A stretch of 63,421 nucleotides of DNA, filler included, from Choristocarpus tenellus KU-1152 (taxonomy: Eukaryota; Protista; Phaeophyceae): NCBI GenBank assembly GCA_964200185.2. It is 9 parts of 9 records of this genome, joined end to end, with 100 filler letters (N's around TTAATTAATTAA, not from the genome) between each part and the next. Parts side by side here need not be neighbours in the genome. Positions count along the whole stretch, not along the records: positions 1 to 2,839 come from CAXNAD020024295.1; positions 2,940 to 9,917 come from CAXNAD020006932.1; positions 10,018 to 15,449 come from CAXNAD020010794.1; 6 more parts are not named here. One strand, written 5' to 3'. The notes under the pieces are model-generated. The model was not told the DNA's origin, did not search any database, and saw nothing but the letters and a program-made list of their open reading frames with translations. Below, piece by piece: positions 1 through 11,399 of the stretch (position 1 is its first letter; every line of letters starts with the position of its first letter). The position numbers and the translations under genes were made by a program.

Positions 1-2839
1 CAGATGGGAAGGGGTACGATTTTGTGTTTTGCTGGAATGCATTGATCACTGTCTTTAAATGACATCTCCTCTCTATCCCAATCTAGCACTGCCCCGAATG
101 CCGACATAATGCTGTTATCCAACAAAAAAAATTCTACTCCCAGATTAGGTATGACCACTGCTTGGACAGGCATTGATATGTCACCAAGTTGTAGTGTAAA
201 TTGAATGAAACCAGTTATAGAGAGAGGTCTACCACCTGCTCCTTTTAAATTCAGAGCGCCTGCTGGAATCTCCCGAATGGGTGCAAAGTGTTGGGTGGGC
301 TTCAATGTATCTGAGAGATATTACTGGAATGTCAGTGGCAGTATCAACAGTAATGCTCATTAAAGGTTCATTTTCAACATACCCAGGAATTCTTACGCGG
401 CGAGATGAAACATTTAGCACGCAAGGGGAGTTAGAATAGTGTTGGATTGCTGATGTATGCCAACAATATGATAAAGTGGAACAACACATTTGAGATGTAA
501 GAGACATGTCACCCACGTCAAAAAATTTGTTTGGGGGAAAAAGAAAGAGCAGATGCAACAGTTGTTACATGTCCTGCTTGTGACAACTTTTGGTGTGCTG
601 ACCTTGGATGCTTAAAGTGTTGGGTCTTATTTACTCTCTCTACTACCTCTGAGGTTGCCCTACACAACAAGTCCCTAGTTTCTTCTTGAACTCTTATCCC
701 TACAGTGTCCTGGGAACCAGATTCTGCAAGGCACCCCTATTCCTGCCCGATCCTAGTTCGTTTCTCTCCGGGTTCAGGGTGGTCTTGAGAGTCCTTTGAA
801 TTCGACTGCATCTGTTGTGAAGACTCTGTCAGACGTGCTGTGATGGCAGAAACCAACTGGTCAAATGACTTGGTCGAATCTTGGTTTCGACGGTCTCTTC
901 TGTCTGGATGTTCGCGGGTTGTCCTTGAGGGGTGATAACTGTTACCCCCAGGATTGAACCAACAGTTTTCCGTTGAATGTCCTCGCCGTGATCTTGCCTT
1001 ACACCCTTCGAATTGACATACTCGTAGGGTATCAGTGGGCTCGGGAAAGGTTTGGGAAAAAGCCCGCGAGTTCTTGTCAGGACCATTTGTTCGTCGTTTG
1101 GTTTTGAGATGTCGGATTTCAGCATGTGCTCTCTCGAGATCGTTTGCAAGGGTCTTTGCAACTGCTAACAACGGGGCAAGGTCAGTGGGTCGTAGGTCCG
1201 TTAGGTGTAAATTCCCCAAGTTATCCACAGATATACTAGAGGTTACCACACTCGCGAACGATCCCCTATCTAAGCTTGACATTGCTGATGCCTGGCCAAC
1301 CGCTGCATCAACTAGTGCCGCGAAATTCTCATAACGCTGAGGACTCGATCGCAACACTCCTAGTATAGCAGGTAAAACACCGACGTTGAACGCGCAGTAT
1401 CGGAGTCTATCCATTAGAAGGGAAATCAGGGCTGTGGGGGTCAGGTCAATAGGATCGAGGTCACTCCTGTCATGTGGGTGGATTCTCAACTCACGTACAA
1501 AGGAATCGATTGACTCAATTACCTGTCTTGCAAATGCCCGAACATCCTCCTTCGGTTCCTGCCGAATATCAATCATATCGCGGAATGTTCTGTCTAGCGG
1601 ATGTGATACAGAAATTTCTTCAGGCTTGCCGCAACAAATTCCTCCCAAGAGGCTACATTCAATGTTTCATAAAATGATCGAACGCTTGCTTGGACGGGAC
1701 TGGTACCCCTAGGGATTTAGTGTTGGAACAAATGCATGCACATATCTCCCAGAATTTGATCGTATGTGGGGATTTGGCTTGCTTCTATGGACGCTCTATT
1801 CGCCATAGCAATAGCACCTACTCGATTTTTGAAAATCATGAGCAACTTTCCAAAATTGGCTACGGGAGAACAACCTTGGTCCTGCGCGTCCCAAAAACGC
1901 ATGGGGGGTAAGTCTTGATGTGAAGGATACTTCACAATCAAGGGGTTACTGTGGGGGTGTTTTGAGACAGGTGAGTTGTTTGCATCTGCACACATCGTAC
2001 TTATCTTCATGTTTAATGTCTGCATTGCAACTACCACCAAACCTTGGTCATGTGGAGTCCCCTCCATAGCTTCCTCAACGATCTTCTTGGCGAAGACAAG
2101 CTGGCGATTTAAGTACGTGTGAATATCGAACGTCGCCTCCGCACTGTCTTCGACTTGTTCTTCTTGGTCTTCATCCAGCAGGCTGAACCGGTTCAGGCCC
2201 GAATTACGAGCAGGGCCTCCTTCCCCCAGCCTCTGCGCCGCCATCCCTTCCTACTCTAGCGAGCCACCAGGGATGCCTCTGTCTACAGAAATAGACGCGG
2301 GACTCGGTTGAGATTGGGTGTTGATACTACCCCCCTCATTACCTCCTTCGGTCGTTGGCCATGCATGGGTCGTCTTCTTCTTCCCTTTGCGAGTCACGGA
2401 CTTTTCTTTGGCATTGCTGCTAGTGTGCGACGTTGCAGCAGGTGTGGGGGTAGTAGTGTCCGACATAACGCGGCGTGAGTTAGCTCCCCTTGAACACTAG
2501 GCATGAGTACCACTGTGGAAGTGTCAAAGGTGCCAAGTTTTCTGCTCAAGGGGGCAAATACAATCACCGGAATGAAACTCCTTCACCTCAGAGGGTGAGA
2601 CCGAGTTTCAAGGTCTTGACTGTAATCTAATAACAGATCAATAAATCCAGTACAGTACACCTTTTTCAGAACATGACGTATGTTTCCAGAATGACTGAGC
2701 AATGTCACAGCAAAGAAATGGATGTGTCAGAATCAGAATGGTTCATCGTTCTGAGGATCCATTTTGGCTGTTTGGTCAAATCCGGATCTCATGAAAATGC
2801 CTGTTTCTTTGGACTAGTCGGTATGGATGAGCTCAAATG
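1..2839 (-). mobile_element. Ty3/Gypsy LTR retrotransposon, 5' part (LTR end, PBS, gag, aspartic protease), degenerate; continues beyond the window start
   Basis: The minus strand gives gag motifs SWEEFVAASLKKF and DIRQEPKEDVRAF plus a Zn-knuckle-like CQFEGCKARSRRGHSTENC (ORFs 737-2466, broken by stops and frameshifts). A retropepsin follows: LMSITVDTATDIPVISL (~330-365), then after a frameshift near 270 LKGAGGRPLSITGFIQFTLQLG...FFLLDNSIMSAFGAVLDW. The putative LTR ends in CA at 2514-2515, next to the PBS. The outer LTR boundary is unclear. Confidence 0.8.
2500..2512 (-). other. Primer-binding site (tRNA-Val-like) of the Gypsy element
   Basis: Minus-strand TGGTACTCATGCC lies 1 nt after ...TTCCACA and upstream of gag. 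It is 11/13 identical to the reverse complement of the 3' end plus CCA of the tRNA-Val at 4103-4176 (TGGTACTCTAGCC). Confidence 0.65.
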
Positions 2840-2939
2840 NNNNNNNNNNNNNNNNNNNNNNNNNNNNNNNNNNNNNNNNNNNNTTAATTAATTAANNNNN
2901 NNNNNNNNNNNNNNNNNNNNNNNNNNNNNNNNNNNNNNN
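2840..2939. other. Artificial contig spacer (N44-TTAATTAATTAA-N44); also at 9918-10017, 15450-15549, 19946-20045, 25020-25119, 48578-48677, 53787-53886, 57402-57501
   Basis: Eight identical 100-nt blocks with a palindromic six-frame stop linker in the middle. Confidence 0.97.
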
Positions 2940-3596
2940 TGTCAGCAAAAAAAAGGCTTGTTTGACTGAAACGGACGTCCCCTCACAAACCACCCCCCCC
3001 TCCAGATATTTGACCCGAGTAGGAATGTATGCCATTATGACTTACTGGTGTGGGTGTTGGTTTTCGTTAAAATTAAGATGTGTTTCTACTCCCCGAATGT
3101 TGGCATGGATCTTGAGTCTCAGGTTTAGGGTTAGGGTTGGCGTACTTTGTTTTTGTGCTTTCCATTTCTTTTTCCCATTGTTGTCATTACTAAATTGATA
3201 GTTGGAAGCAGTGCCATTGAACAGGACGTGCACTACCTGTGTACAACTACTTCACCTCTATTGTTTGAGCCAGCAGTGTGTTGATGCGAAGGGAGTCCGA
3301 GGGGGAAGGGGTGGGAAGCATGAGCAAGGGGCTTTACTATAGCCTACAATGTGAGATTGTTGACTCTTGTGGTCCAGGGGACGTACTGATAGTGCAGCAG
3401 TATGAACATAACAACAGTCCTCCTTGCATAGACTACTACTTTAACAACAGTTACACTTTATATAGCAAGAATACAAGTCGATCTCCACATTTCATTTCCT
3501 TTTGGTTGTGGTGATCCCTCTCTTTCCACTGCCGGTCACGCCCTACAGTTGTACCCCTCACTTGTATCCACCCTCCTATATTGTTTTTTGTTCCAG

Positions 3597-6500
3597 CCAG
3601 GCATGGTGAATTTGAAGAGGAAGGGCTGTGAAGTGGCTGGCTGTGTCAGACCAGCTGTGTTCAACTTTGAGGGTCGAGTGAAGAGCTTTTGTGCTGGTCA
3701 CAAACTGCCCAACATGGTGAGTCCTTACCTGACAGGAGAATAATCTTGACATTACAGTGTTCTCCAATATGGCCATTTATTGTTTTCATCATTAATAGGC
3801 TTTCAAGTTTGATGAGAAATGTATAATACACGTCCAATCTCAGCTTGCCTGTGGCGGTGCCCCCTCTCTACCCCATTATATAGTAGTAGTATATTGCCAG
3901 AGGATGTAGTTTTAATAATGTGTGATATTTTGTTGTAGATTTGGTAGGAGTGTAGGCGGTAAGAGTCATATAGGAAGATTTATATTAGGACACTGTGGAG
4001 TTTTTTTTTTTTAACATAGTAAGAGTCTCTCCTTCATCTTTCTGATGGAGACTCACTTTTGCATTGAGTTCGCACCACGCAAAGGTTGTACCATAGAAAT
4101 ATGCTCTGGTGGTTTAGTTGGCTATAACGTGTGCCTCACACGCACAAGGTCCCGGGTTCGAGCCCCGGCTAGAGTACTAATTTTTATAGGTGTCAATGTG
4201 CCTTAGTTGATCAACCTAACTATATGAATTTCCCAGGTTCGATCGAACCCCTTCGACATCGGACTTCTTTGCAGCACCAGTATGAGAAGTGGTACATAGT
4301 GTAGTGTATGTAGTGTAGTGCCTATGACCGCAGCAGGTCGGGATCATCCTCGACTATTGTGATGCGATAATAACAAAAAAAGCTACCTACTTCTACGTTA
4401 GGCAGTTGGATTGATAAGTTTATTAGAGATTTCTATTTTAATATTTTCATTTCCATACCTCATGGTTGAGAACGTTCCAACTGCTGCATTAGTAGTGGCG
4501 ATATATATATGTATAGTGCGGGATTTTGAACATAACTTACACATTTGTTATCATTTTTACCGGTAGGAATTAACATGACCCACATCCATAGTGGTCTGTA
4601 CATTCAAGCATTCTGGGAGCTATCTCTGAGTAGCAGTAGTAATTTCTTGTCCCCACTTCTTTTTACCCTCCTCTTTTGTCAAGAATCTACACTTACCTGT
4701 CCCTTCCCCCTGTGTTCCTTCTGAATGTGCTGTTCATTGCTCTGTCCTGCCCAGATCCTGCCCCTTGTCTAGTCCCACACACATACTATCCAGTACCTCA
4801 TCCATGCTGTATCCATTTGGCGAACACTGTTCTATACCCCCCCTGGCGCCCCTTAGATCGTCATATAGAATCAATGTAACTGAGTAGAAGGTGTGTTAGG
4901 GCCAAGTTGAGTTTCAAGGACTTTTTTTTTCAACTTTGTTTAAAGTAGACGAGGGCGTTCGAAAAGTGATATCGATCAATACGACTTCCTTCTGTATACT
5001 GAAAGCACTCACCACAAAACAGTCAATATACACTCCATATCTGTGGACTGTGTGCTCCAAAAACATGTACCACCAGGAAGTCAGAGGAGTCCATGTAACT
5101 CAGTGGCACCTACTCCCCTCTCACTTTGGGTCATAACCCAACTTTGAGACATTTAGTGCACCCTCCAATGACCCATTACAGATCAACATGGTGAACCCAA
5201 GGTGCTTGTGGGCAGGCTGCGTCAAGTACCGGAGCTTTGGCTTCCTGGGCAAGAAGGCCATGTACTGTGCAACTCACAAGGAGGTGGTCTCCTGTACTAC
5301 CTATATCGCCCGTAGCATTGCTCTGTAGTTGTCCAAACAGTGGATTGAATATTTTCAGGCGTGTGGCACTAGTGGTCAAAAGAGTGTACCTTTCCTAACC
5401 TCTGCAAAGACGCCTGCTTTTGTAGTGCTACTTTTTCCACTGGTGACAACATGTCCAACCGCCTCCCACTAATGTTGTGCCCTATTGAATTGTAGTGATG
5501 AACAATTAGATATTGGTGTCGAAATTTATGGGGTTTTCACTCCAACAGGCGCTAAGATCCCCCTCTCCCTTCCGCTAGTACGATAGCATTGTGATATGTT
5601 GGTGAAATGTGTTCGACTCTAAGTGTATAACAGTTGAATTGTGGTATCTGTATCTCTGAGCATCTCCTCCTATCCCTTAACTCACGTTGTAAGTATTTTT
5701 ATTGTTTTATTTTTGTTTTACTGTTTTTTTTCTTTTTGTGTACAGGAGATTGTGTTCTCGTGCATTATTTTATTATTACAAGAGTAATCCAGAGATTTTA
5801 GGCACTTTTTGTCTTTTTTATGGGCTTGGCATTAGTACTAATTTTTAACAGCTTCCGTTCACACTTTCTGTAGTATTAGTTTGTAGGGTTAGGGAACACA
5901 TGTAGTTGATTGTGGATAATGTGAAGATATGTTGTGGTCAACGTGGAGATTTTATTTACCTTGCACGAGAGTGTTCCTGCCTGTTAGTACTTGTTATTAG
6001 TACTTGTTATTAGTACTTGTTATTTAGAATAGTGTAACGCGATGAATGAAAATGTAACACCAACAGTGAACCTACCAATTTGGTTGCTGAATCTGGCCTT
6101 GCCTTACTTTCTGCTCTCCTCTTCTATTTATTTCCTTTTTTTTTTGTCATGAGCGGGTTATTTTCCCCTCCAAAAAACTCTGTCGTTCACCTTCATGATT
6201 ATTTTTTGTTTTAAATACTATCGTCACACCCTCCCCCAACTCCCCACTCATCTCTCATCACATGCACACATATGGACAAACGCCTGCCCTGGGTTATCAA
6301 AACTACTCTGCTGGTGGTGCCCTGGTCTTATAATAGGGAGGCATGGTGGATGTGGTAAACCGAAGGTGTCTAGAGGAAGGGTGTCTTCGCCAGCCACGGT
6401 TTGCTGCACCACCCTCAGCTGAGACTGAGGAAGGAGGAGAGCAAACACGCCGCCCAGAGTACTGCAACGCCCACAAGACGCCTGATATGGTAAAAAGGAG

Positions 6501-9500
6501 GTGGTGGATTGGGGAGGTTGTGGGTGGGCAGGGCCTGATATTGTGTTTTTTTTGTGTTGAGGTATGAGTTGTGACTATGGTTGAAGGAAGCATGATGTAA
6601 ATGGTCAATGGTGAAGGTTGGGGGTCTTGATCAAGACCTAGTGCTAACCCTAACCCTGATTGTAGGGGGAGGGGGAGGGGGAGAGGGAAATATTCTTATC
6701 TTTGGCTTGCCAGTAGTAGCAGTAGTGTTGTGATTTTTTTTATTTTTTTATTGAGTACTACGTAGTGCGACGGTGTGAATCTTGAGACTAAATTGAAATG
6801 TGTGTGTTGTAGTGATGGGTCAAAGGGTAAGGCGGTGTGAGGAAAAATTCTAACAGAACATGCAGTGCTCTTTAGTGGTTAGGGTTAGGGTTAGGGTTAG
6901 GGTTAGGGTTAGGGTTAGGGTTAGGGTTAGGGTTAGGGTTAGGGTTAGGGTACAGAAAAGGATGAGAATAATTTATTGAATTGGGTTAGGGTTAGGGTTA
7001 AGTATTTGGTTTCGATGTCAACAGTTCCTTGGATAGTTGAAATCATAACAAATTCAATCACTGCGGTTAACCCCTCTGGAGAGTAAGATTTAGGGTAATT
7101 AGCCTTTTTGGCTTGGTGATTGTTGCTCTTATGTCAAACATACACCTGATGTGATTTTAGTATCATTATTAGTATTTTTTCCACCACTTTTAGTATCATT
7201 ATTGGAAACGAAAGCTAGTGTCTATACAGTCAGTATTTACTACTAATAGGTATGAAGACTTTGTACTTATGTGTGTCTTACTTAGATTGAACTTGAACAA
7301 GACAAGAACTTTTGTGAAGGCTTCACAAGGTATGGGTAACGAGCTACTGCAGCACTTTACAAGAGATGTGTGCCTTATTGCATGATGTATGCCGTTATTG
7401 TATTGTATTCATTGTATTGTAGTGGACCACAGGACCAGGTACAGGTGTGTAGCCATGGTGCAGGTCAAGGATGGAGGTGGACGTGAATTAGATGTGATCT
7501 GTTTCAGAGAGTGGTTATGACTCTATGGTGAGTCCCTTGGTTACTGTGAGGGACTGTCTCCATCATTATAAGGTTGTTTCTTGCATGCACACACACACAC
7601 ACACAACACACTTGTTATTGGTATGGTGACCACCCTTTTGCAGTGATGACGATAGTGCACTTTCCCCTGTAGAGCTAGCTCTAGATGAGGTGATATGCAT
7701 ACAGTTCCTCTTGTTTTTACAGTCTTTTGGGTAGTGTCTAATGGCTAGTGATATTAATAATAATAGTGCTTTACTTTCAGGTGTGCTCTATCCCCCCCTC
7801 ACCTCTTCCCCTCTCCTGTGTTAGTGTATCAGTTGTTGATTGTACTAAAGTTTGTTCTAAATCTTCCTTGTCCTTTGCTTGTGACACAATTTCATTTTTT
7901 TGATAGTTAATATAATGCTCTCCTTATTAGTACATAGAAACAGTCTAATGGATATTTTTGTAATAATAACATAAATGATTTAAAAAAAAAGAGTATGATA
8001 TATAAAATTACCAGGAGAAAATGATTCTATGAAGAAAGGTCACTTTGTTGTCAAAACAATACAAAATTTATTGTATTGTATAATAACAATATTATTATTA
8101 TTATTTGTACCTCCGCAGCTACAGAGGTGAGGTCGGGGCCAACACCCGTCTTGCAATATCCTGCATGAGCTCTAATAACATACAATATAGCAACAACTCA
8201 GAACACTATTGATAGCCACGTCTCTATCCTCGACAAAGTGTGTGTTGTATGCATTATGAATACACTAATACAAGCATTGTGAACCAGCACCTCCTACAGT
8301 GTATATGTGGTACATACTCATATCAATAGGTCGATGTGAAGACTGTGAGGTGTGAAGAACTCAACTGTGACCGGCCTGCCCGCTGCGCTCCTGGGGGACG
8401 TGGTAGGCCTACGTTTTGTGGCACCCATGCTCACTCCCAGGAGGGGGTGGTGCCTGTGCGTGGGGGCCGACTGTGCAAGGTGTGTGCTGCCTCCTCTCTG
8501 CGGTGCTGTTGGCATTTACAATTTGTTTTATTGTGCTGCACTGGCTCTCTCTCTCTCTCTCCTTTTTTTTCCATGTTTGATTGGCGGTTTCATGACTGAT
8601 TTGGCTCGTGAAGCAAGGCCAGACCTCGTTGTGACAGGAGAGAGTGCCTTTGTGTGAAGTGCACCCCTGAGGTGGTTCTGGTAGATGTTAGGCAGTGTGT
8701 GGTTTTGATCGGTGGAACTCTCACTAAGCAATTAAACGGTGCAGTGCGTAGGTATGTGTGGGGGGAGCATATATGGACTCCTTTTTTTCCGGGAGACTAG
8801 CGATACAATTACAACAGAGATACACTTACAACAGAGATACACTTACAACAGAGATACACTTACAACAGAGCTCTAGAGCCGAAAGGCCTCAATCATTCTG
8901 TCAATGTTACCTTTGATGCAGTACTCCTTTCCAACCCCTGATTGTAAGTCCTGGTATGGGAATGCATCACACAAGAGCAAACCGGGCGGTGTCCTTCTAA
9001 AGTGCAGTGCCTCCTTTCTAAATTGATGTGATGTATTGGTGGCGGGATCTTCCGGTAGGTCTTTCCTGGTCGCTTTCTCAGCAAAGCATCCTTACCCCTC
9101 ACGCGCAGAGGGGTATGAATTCACTGCCCCCAGGCTTGGTGGTCAGGATGTGTAGGGATAAAGCTCACCTTTGTTTTGTGTATTAGTTGAATCTAAGGTT
9201 CCATGTGCGTATCCTGATAATGTCAACGAAGTTGAACTGTGACTGACAAATACATGGGGTGATACATGCGAAAAACTGTATTTTTGGAAGGAAGACAATG
9301 CTCTGACCAATGAGTGTATGAATATTGACAGTGTGAAAATCTCCTTCTGCACGATATGAAGTATATACTAGCTTGAGGAATATTATTTCAAGCTAAGGCA
9401 ACTCCCTGAGAACCCTCCCCTTTCTACCCCCCCCAATCACCCCCCCCCCCCCCCCCCCCCCTTTTTCCCTCCCCTCCCTTGTGTCTTCTCCACCACCANN

Positions 9501-9808
9501 NNNNNNNNCCCCCCCCCCCATCCCCCCCCCCCTCCCCCTGTGCATTTTTGCATCACGTGATGGCTGTTACACAATACACACCGGTTGAAATGTGAACTTA
9601 AAATCAAACACTTCAAGTCTGAGAACTGTGGTTCATCAGCAACATTTGCACTGCCAGGGTGTGTTGCTGAGATGTGCTTTCGCCACCGTATAGAAGGGAT
9701 GATCAACAACTCAAGGGCACACTGTCAGCACCCAAATTGCTCCAGATTGCCAGTCTTTGGGGGATTCATGAGTCCTTCCCCAAGACCAACATTTTGCCAC
9801 GTCCACAG
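3597..9808 (+). CDS. EsV-1-7-type cysteine-rich repeat protein, partial, spliced (exons 3597-3716, 5182-5283, 6337-6489, 8330-8479, 9618-9808)
   Basis: AG/GT-bounded exons join in frame: PGMVNLKRKGCEVAGCVRPAVFNFEGRVKSFCAGHKLPNM|INMVNPRCLWAGCVKYRSFGFLGKKAMYCATHKE|GGMVDVVNRRCLEEGCLRQPRF...YCNAHKTPDM|VDVKTVRCEELNCDRPAR...FCGTHAH...RLCK|SENCGSSATFALPGCVAEMCFRHRIEGMINNSRAHCQHPNCSRLPVFG...FCHVH. This gives six C-x4-C...C-x2-H units, most preceded by (G)M(V/I)(N/D), matching the EsV-1-7 repeat pattern. Confidence 0.85.
4103..4176 (+). tRNA. trnV-CAC: tRNA-Val (anticodon CAC)
   Basis: Full cloverleaf: acceptor GCTCTGG/CTAGAGT plus A discriminator, D-arm with AGTTGG, anticodon stem TGTGC/GCACA with loop CTCACAC, T-arm CCGGG-TTCGAGC-CCCGG. 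A T5 Pol III terminator follows at 4181-4185. Confidence 0.95.
6879..6950 (+). repeat. Interstitial telomeric array (TTAGGG)12 in intron 3 of the EsV-1-7 gene
   Basis: Twelve perfect TTAGGG units, with about 2.5 more units at ~6983-7000. Confidence 0.95.
8809..8870. repeat. 17-bp tandem repeat (TTACAACAGAGATACAC), about 3.6 copies
   Basis: Read directly from the sequence. Confidence 0.9.
8871..9400 (-). mobile_element. Possible 3' remnant of an RLE-type non-LTR retrotransposon
   Basis: Minus-strand EFIPSAREG*GCFAEKA resembles the F-x-P-x-A-x-E-x-x-G motif of restriction-like endonuclease LINEs. The segment ends in the 17-bp tandem tail. Highly decayed. Confidence 0.3.
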
Positions 9809-11123
9809 GTACTCTTGAAGGTTTTGAAGGTTCATGAGACAACATGAATTTGACCCCCCCCCCCCCCCCCCCCCCCCCCACCCCCCACAATCATTCCATA
9901 AAATACAAATTCTTATTNNNNNNNNNNNNNNNNNNNNNNNNNNNNNNNNNNNNNNNNNNNNTTAATTAATTAANNNNNNNNNNNNNNNNNNNNNNNNNNN
10001 NNNNNNNNNNNNNNNNNGGGGTGTCCATTCGGGGTCCATTTTACCATATCGCGTTCCTTGGATAAGTTGCTTGTATGAGGGGGGTTTAAGGTGTGTTTGG
10101 TGGGCGTGTGTGTGGATCACACCTTTGGTTATGGTCGTGGTAGGGCTTAAGTCCAGCTAAAGTGGAGCACCAATGCTTTGAGGATTTTTGAATTCTGGAC
10201 TCGAGATAACGAAAGGTATGTGGTTGGGGCTAGTTTTTTTGGTACATGGTCGAAAGTGCCCATTTTCGTGTGCTTTTGTTGAATTGAAGTATTGAAAGAA
10301 ATGGTCATTGATTAGTGTTAAGTGGTGGTTTTTGCTTCGTGAGGTGAACAAATAATGTCTAAATCCATAGTGAGGAGGCATGAGACTAACGGGTTCTGGA
10401 TTAGTCGGATTAATTGGAGTTCGCCTTGCAGTTTCATTTGTTGTATGGTGTGTAATATTGTTGTAATTCCATATTTTTAAAGGGTTAGTATAATGTTTCT
10501 TGAGGGGCTATGTCACGATTTTCCTGATTATGTCCACATGAGGGTAGTGTTGTGGTTGGCTTGCTGTCCATGTGGGTGATGGGTGGGTCGAGTAAGGAAT
10601 GTAGGTAGATTTTGTTGACAAACGCGGCATGAAAAATGTATGATACAATAACCTGCTTGTATATTGATATCTGTTGGATTGGGTATCATGGGAAACAGGG
10701 TGTGTGATTTAGAGTCGTTAAATCGTTGATTACTTAGGGTTAGGAACAACGTGACCGATTAACAACAAACCGATGACGCATGTTGAAACCCGTAATGTTA
10801 AACATTGTGACACCATGAAGGAAACACGCTGTTGATAAGAAGAGCATGCCTACTTTCGTATGTATGTAAAAGCTCAATGGAAGAGAAGGATGTCACAGTT
10901 TGGGTCAAATGATATCTGTTCCAGAGGTCCGACGCACAGCGACACAGGCTTGATAAAAATCGAAATGTCTATGTGAAATTTTGTGTAACACTCGGAAAAG
11001 TCTTGGACGATTAAAAATGAGGCTGAATCGTATCCTTCTTAGCTCTAGTTCTTAGGCCAAGTTTCGAATGTGTGTTGTAGTGCACGCGTATGGTATGTGT
11101 AAACTTTAGACTATCAGTCTTAT

Positions 11124-11170
11124 TTTATTATTATGCCCTCTGACATTTGGCAGATGTGTCAGGGGGAAAT
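11124..11170 (-). mobile_element. 47-bp 5'-truncated LINE 3' end with a 12-bp target-site duplication
   Basis: TATCAGTCTTAT occurs at 11112-11123 and 11171-11182. The insert matches the 3' UTR and (TAA)n tail of the LINE at 55541-56230. Confidence 0.8.
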
Positions 11171-11399
11171 TATCAGTCTTATCCTGTTACTACCAAAGCT
11201 CCCCATAACAGTGTTTGGAAAACACAGCCGTGAATTGGGGTGTTCACCTTCACGGTAGGGCGAGGGCGATATGTCGTGTTAGGTATGGGAAGTTATATAT
11301 TTATGAGGTGTGTGCTTTAGTAGGACATGCGGCAAATGCAGTATGAAATTGATAACTCGAATATGGAACCAAAGCTGATTCACTATTTTGTAAGAGAAG

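Noticed and set aside
2884-2895. Recurrent TTAATTAATTAA palindrome as a biological repeat or CRISPR-like array
   Set aside because: It is always centred in exactly 88 Ns, so it is an assembly linker.
4190-4280. Second tRNA or tRNA-derived SINE (GGTTCGATC...GCACCA)
   Set aside because: I could not build a cloverleaf with acceptor and anticodon stems.
6879-6950. True chromosome end
   Set aside because: The array is short, has unique sequence on both sides, and lies between in-frame exons of one gene.
3597-9808. Integrated phaeovirus (EsV-1-like) genome
   Set aside because: The repeat gene has long spliceosomal introns and no NCLDV core genes are visible; this looks like a host-family member.
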